DNA of 57,306 nucleotides, filler included, from Trichosphaerium sp. ATCC 40318 (Eukaryota; Protista; Tubulinea): NCBI GenBank assembly GCA_038496445.1. It is 3 parts of 3 records of this genome, joined end to end, with 100 filler letters (N's around TTAATTAATTAA, not from the genome) between each part and the next. Parts side by side here need not be neighbours in the genome. Positions count along the whole stretch, not along the records: positions 42,037 to 57,306 come from JALMLS010000119.1; 2 more parts are not named here. One strand, 5' to 3'. Shown piece by piece: positions 51,330 to 57,306 of this stretch (position 1 is its first letter; each line of letters starts with the position of its first letter). The notes under the pieces were generated by a model. It saw only the letters and a program-made list of their open reading frames with translations, ran no database searches and was not told where the DNA came from. The position numbers and the translations under genes were made by a program.

Positions 51330-51884
51330 GACGTGTTGTCACTCTTGAGGTTATCAGAAAGCAGTATTAAGTTGGTGTCACTTGATACATAAGATTTTTC
51401 AGTGAAGGTTATTGTAATTTGTGTTACGGTTCTGGTTTTGTGGTTTTTTTTGAAATTAACTGATTCGCTACAAGAACGCAGTTGCCTGTACAATAGTTTT
51501 TTTAACCACTTGGAGACCTTCAATCTGTTTATTTAAGTAAACGGAGTTACAACCTGGTGACAAAAACAGGCCATGTACCTTCATAGAAACACAGGTTTTT
51601 CAAATATTTCACCAAATAGTGCGAATACCCTCGCTCAACTTTGTTGCTCGTAAGTGGCGAATACTCTTTTGCGGGCTATTTTTTACCCCGACAGGCAAGC
51701 ACAAAGGGTATTATCATAATGTTGTTATTGTAACCAGACAGAATAACGAGAACCGCACGCCAAAATGTTGTGCTGTCGTATCTTTTCGGTTGTAAAACAT
51801 GCTGTTGTTTATTCCAGTGGTGGAGATTTTATTCTCTTTATTTTTGTTTTTCTATCTATGCTGGTTTCACCTGCTGATTTTTAG

Positions 51885-53660
51885 ATGTCACGTATTCGCT
51901 ATTGTACAATGACTCGCAGTGGAGGTGGCAAGTTTGTAACAAGACTAACGCATTTACGGCAGAAAGGGCTGCATAACACGGTTTACTGGTCAGAGGAATT
52001 GTTACGAAGCGTTTTTATTTTATTACACGCACGTGATTTTTGTAAAACCACCAATATACTTGTTTCGTTATATTTTCAAGTACCTACCTGTGGTGGCGTG
52101 TACAAACCGTACTTCAACATGTGCAGCAACTAAAAAACGTAAACTAGACAATAAACAGAAACATTTGACCAATCTACGAGAAAAATTGAACTACATGAAA
52201 ACAGCTGGAAGGTTCTCCTAGACACAAAAATATCGCTACCAGTGTTTACAAATATCAGGCCCTAACTTGGGTTATTTTGAGCGCATTCAATCTAACAGTG
52301 TGCTCACCTACAAAACAAGTCTATCTAAACGTTTAATAAAAAACAACATTTGGAATCACGTGTTACCATACAGAAGAAAGCGGAAACAACTTGTTGCACA
52401 ATTCCAAACAACCAATCCGAACTACAATACATCGTGGAACACACCAATCAAACCTAAAGAGGTCATGAAATTCATAGGAACATAGTGGATTTGGGAGCAA
52501 AGAAGTGGAGAAAAAAAACTGTGCGAGCACAAATCAATTCATCAAAGGATACAACATGGGGTGTTTGAGTCTTTTATGTAAACAACCAATATTTATTAAA
52601 TACTGGCGGGTTCATAAGAAAAAAACTCCCGGTTCATTTGAATTTCAACTTTTTTCAACGCAGCCATACACAAAACAGTCAACTTTTAATTGTTTGTTTC
52701 TTTTTTACAGGTATGGGAATCATGCTCAATATTGTATACAAACAGCAATATCTCATATTGAAGCATTTGATAGGCCAGGACATGATAAAATTCACAGCGT
52801 CCACATTTTTCTCTTTTAGCAGTGTCCATGAATTGATCACGCACCACCTGAGAATATACAAAATAATGTGATATGGTTGGAGAATAGGCAAGTGACCTAG
52901 AGTGTTCAATACAAGACCCCATTGAGAATATCAATGTCATTAAAATGAGTGACATACATTTCCCTGTACTGAAATTGTACACAAGCAAATATTGCGTATG
53001 GCGGCAACTTTAGTCTATTCACAATGCAAAGTGTGCCTTTCACTCTCATATAGTACAGTTCCGTACATATATAGCTCTGTGACATATGGTTCCACGCTGA
53101 ATGTCTCAATTAGGACAATAAACCCAAGAGAAACATTTTGCATTTGAACAATGGTTTTGGCAATTCATGAATCAACAACACTGTACAAACGTTTTAAAAG
53201 GACATGCTCACCTGACACCAGAAATGTTGGAAACAAGAAAGAAATCATTCTTACAAAGCTATTGCAGCAAGCTAGGCCTAAAAAAGCAAGGTAACATTAG
53301 TACGCTCATTGACAGATTGACAAATGCTACAAATCCTGAGTGTTTAGACAATATTCAGACTCAACTGGTAAACTTTTTTGGGCACTCCACGGGTTATGAC
53401 AAACCTATTCTTCACAAGTTCTATCATGATAATTTTGCAGCTGTTGATAAGGCTAATCAATTGAGTTGATCATACACCACTCCCAACCAGATTCAAAGCG
53501 ATGAGTGTCGTATGACTTTGGGTTTACTAAAACTGACTTTAACATTTACACATACAATTTGTGATTCCATCCTTGAGGATGATGCGTTGGACTTTTCCGC
53601 TTTACACTACCTAGTAGCAACGGAATTGGTTATAGAAGAGATTTTTAGGCTCAATTAAAT
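51885..53660 (+). pseudogene. Degenerate piggyBac-like transposase relic with a SAP-like motif
   Basis: Fragments PIKPKEVMKFIG and KPILHKFYHDNFAAVDKANQL resemble the piggyBac 'KP....Y.....VD..Q' C-terminal block. SAP-like LQSYCSKLGLKKQGNISTLIDRL. Many stops and frameshifts; TIRs not located. Confidence 0.4.
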
Positions 53661-55364
53661 TTAATGTAAGTTCATGTTGGTGTGAAATAAAATTTTACTA
53701 GTCCTGATATTTTCAGTTACTAGTCCTAATAATGAGTTTAATCTCTGATGGTTTTGTGGTATTACTGCCGGTTGGTACCATGAGCGCTTTTGTGTCGCAA
53801 CGTTATGCGTACCTTTGGATTGGCACAAAGCTGTCTGAGAAATAGTTACGAAGTCGAGATTGACCATGAGGGCGCCCTGCGTTTTATCGTAGGGGTAGAG
53901 CTGTTAGCAAAGGAAGAAAGTAAATCCGTGCTGGTTGGGTTTGAACAGAAACTTCTCAAACACGTTAACGAGTGTCGTAAATGCATGGTTTGTGTTAATG
54001 TGTGGTTAGTCTAAAAGCCTTCGTACCTTTTTTTATTCCCCTTCAGCTCTTTGATGCTTTATTTGGTTTGTGTAGCGTATACATGTGCACCTGATAAAAT
54101 CCTATGGTAATTTTGCTTGAGTTATTTCGTTGCGTTGCAATTGAAACATTACTTGCACTTAAGGTACATAAGGGTCAAGTGGTAGGTACACAGTGCTGAT
54201 TGTGCCTGCATCCTAAACACTAGTGACATGTAAACAGATTCACCTTGTGCTAGTTCTCTCAGAACTGTCAAGTCTTGTAAGGTCTGAAAGAATATGTCCA
54301 TAACATTACCATAATGATATATGTTTGGATAAATTAGTGTTCTTTTAGTAATATTATCAATTATTTTTGACAGTAATAGCTTCACCATGTGATTTATTCA
54401 CTTTTTTTTTTTTGTTTTTGTTTTTGTTCTTATTGTTCTTTGTTTGTTTTGTTCTTTTGACTTGTGTTTTATTCATTTTTAAGACTATGAAATTTTTGAA
54501 TATAATCATAAGTCTCGAAGAGGTGTGTGATCTGGTTTTTCAGTAACTGGTTCGATCTTAGAATCGCTTAAACTTGACTCATTTTTCACTTCCTTTATAG
54601 GCTGTACTGTTTTAGGAGAAGTGTTGGGAATACTTACTCTATTGCTACGAATAAAAAACGATCTTAAAGTCATCAAACCGAACCGCACCAGAAACTGGTG
54701 CAATCTGTTTGTTGAGTGTGAGAGAACAGTAGTAATAGTTTTAGCACCTCTATTCTACTGTTGAAAAAATGAACGATTTATAGCAGCTATGCTGCATATT
54801 TCAGAGAATAAATGCGTCAAAAAGACGCGTTTGTGAACGCGCAAAGCACATTCACTAATAATTGTGAAGACGAGTGTATCTAAAACGCAAAGCGTTTTGA
54901 TACACGAGTAACTAACTAATAATAAATAACACAAGACGAGTTAAACAAAAAGCAACGAGTCGCGACACTTTTTATTCAGGTTGGTTTTCTGTTGTAAACC
55001 ATTCTACAAAAAGTGCAAACGCTTTTTCATATGTTGCTCTGGATTTTGTTGGCAGCAAGCTGTTTGCGGATTCGTGTAAATATTCTTCCTCCTCCGGAGT
55101 GACGCTGCGTTATGCAGCCATACTTGAGGGAAAAATAACTGAATTAAAGCTTAAGTTGCCATCATTTATTTGAAATACAGCTTCAGGTGCGTCTACAAAA
55201 AAGGTACCACTCGTTCAAAAAAGCTCCATTCGCCACAACTTGTGACAAAAAGTAACATATATTCTATGTTCTATGTTTGACAGCTCAAGCTAACAGTACG
55301 CTCCAACAACCGAAAAAAAAAATGACAATTTCACTTTAATCATTTCTGCATAGCTAAACGCAGT

Positions 55365-55741
55365 GTGGCTAGTACTACTGCTGTTTGTGAAAATGAGAAA
55401 CGTATTGATCTTCCAAACGGAAGAAAGTACGTAGGATGCTTTAAAGAAGACAAATTTGACGGTTTTGGCGTGTACACGTGGTCTGATGGTAAATTCTACA
55501 GTGGAGCTTGGAAAAACGGAGAACGCACGGTTATGGCGCACTCACGTGGAAAACAGGCATGAGGTATGATGGAGAGTGGTTAGAAGGAAAATACCATGGT
55601 AAAGGATCTGTGCTTTACCCAGACGGCAAAAGTATAGAAGGTTATTGGGAACGAGGAGAATACAAGGGGAAAAAAAAAGAGGCTGAAAAGGTAAGGGAAA
55701 AAAAGGGTAGTTGTATCATACACTGTTTTTACCAGTTATAA
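55365..55741 (+). CDS. Classical MORN-repeat protein (3' part) with a 1-nt frameshift near 55525
   Basis: YVGCFKEDKFDGFGVYTWSDG, YSGAWKNGE(R)/HGYGALTWKTG and YDGEWLEGKYHGKGSVLYPDG are split over two frames. Either a pseudogene or a base-calling error. Confidence 0.7.
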
Positions 55742-57306
55742 CGTACTTGACCATTACTTTTCAAGCGGCCACTTGTTGTAACTTGAATCTAGATTGTAGT
55801 TATAATTATAAGCTATGTCGTTTAGATAGGGGTAAGTTGAGGACAGTTTGTTGTAATGAGGTTGAGGGTTTGCCGAAAGTAGACATACCTGTTTGGTAGT
55901 TTGTATTGATCAATCTTTTGGTTTCACATTTTTTAACTAGGTGGGAGTACATATTGTCTGTTTCATTCAAGTTTTGAGACAGACTGACTATTAGCAAAAA
56001 AAATCCAGTTTCTGCCTGATCTGTCAGATCTGACGGATTTGACACTTCTGACAGATCTTGCAAATTGTCATTTTTTAAATGTGAGCTACCCTCACGCCTG
56101 TCCGTGAATCCAACCGTTTCAAACCCACCTGATTTAACAAACCCAAAGCAAACTCACTTTCTAGAAAATACTAGTAAAACTTGAATGAAACAGACAACAA
56201 CCATTTATTTAGGTAGGTGGGAGTACATAACCATTTATTGAGGTACTGGTTAATTGTCAAATCCCGTCAAAAAATACGCGAATTTCTCCCCAGTTCTTTA
56301 GCGCTACATTTCGACCGTTTGCCCAACCCTGCGATATTTTATTATGAAATTTATCGTATCAAATCTCAAAAACGTGCGTACAGAAATAACATATCTCTAT
56401 GCGCTTAAGGGTGCGGGTCCACAATGAATGCAATTGACCTATTTCAAAAATTCTTTTTTGGTTGTAGTTGCACTTAGCCAACCTACAATTGACGAGTTTT
56501 TGAGAAGGCTGCTACCGGCACATAAAAAGTTATTCTTGTTTTTTGAACTTTTTTTTTAATTGCATAAGACACACCTCTAGATATAATATAATCACCTGTT
56601 ATTCTTGTGGTATATTATACCAATATTAGGGTATATACCTGTGTTTTTGTTTTAAAAAAATACTCTCTGACTTTGTGAAATAAGGTTTTTTTTGGTTCAA
56701 AAAAAATTATTTTTAACGAAGCGTTTAACTAAGTTAAGCCAGAAAATGCTTAAAATCAGATAACTTTTACAACGCGTAACATTACACGTGGAGCTTGCAA
56801 GAAGTTAAGGGTCTAAAACGCTTTAATATAAGCGTGTAAAGACAATACATGAGTTTGAGGCGAATTTGTGCGTATATAAAAAAGTTACGGTTTTCTCGAT
56901 TCGTTGAATTCTCGCCTGCAGTGAACTCCTGCAAGCTAAATTTGCCTCAAAAACGTTTCCCATACCACAGCGCAGGCATACTGGCGGTATAAGCAAAATT
57001 GGTGAGTATATAAAATAGTCAATACTATTCTGGACCTATACAAAGAAATCATGTGACCAAAAGTGTGCAATCAATATAATGATGTACAAAGGGAGAGGTC
57101 AATCAACGGAAACTGTGATACCTGCTCACAGTTTCCTAGGCTAGGTAAAGGGGTTAAAAAAAACAGAAAGAATAAATCACGTGATAATAGCATCATATTC
57201 GCTGCCAATGGTGGTCTAGCAAAGTAAATATTTTAGCTACCTATAAGAGGAATTACCAAGACCTATGTAAAATGCACATGCATAAAGGGTAGATTAACAA
57301 GTGCGC

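Overview
AT-rich eukaryotic (protist-like) genomic DNA with short GT-AG introns, read in the standard code. The window is three contigs joined by artificial 100-nt linkers (44 N, TTAATTAATTAA, 44 N) at 18445-18544 and 41937-42036. Contig 1 holds a cluster of non-autonomous CAG...CTG DNA elements, a 4-exon DDX3/Ded1 helicase and a 5'-truncated NSF/Sec18. It also holds a ~4 kb inverted duplication that is probably a chimera artefact. Contig 2 has two GT8 glycosyltransferase paralogues flanking a run of F-box genes (F-box-LRR, F-box-MORN, duplicated MG-start F-box genes). One of these carries a full-length but dead Ty3/Gypsy element (147-bp LTRs, CTGC TSD), itself interrupted by a 1061-bp foldback-like DNA element. 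Contig 3 holds the most striking locus, a minus-strand gene (51329-45876). It has 19 tandem 99-bp ankyrin-repeat exons separated by near-identical 52-nt phase-1 introns. Amino-acid variation is concentrated at the predicted ligand-binding positions, and the array is fused to a PARP-like (H-Y-E) ADP-ribosyltransferase domain. This is a candidate diversifying sensor-effector, possibly an innate-immune receptor. An IRG-like GTPase fragment, a MITE-like inverted repeat, a piggyBac-like relic and a MORN gene lie nearby. All calls are by eye and from recalled motifs; no database searches were run.
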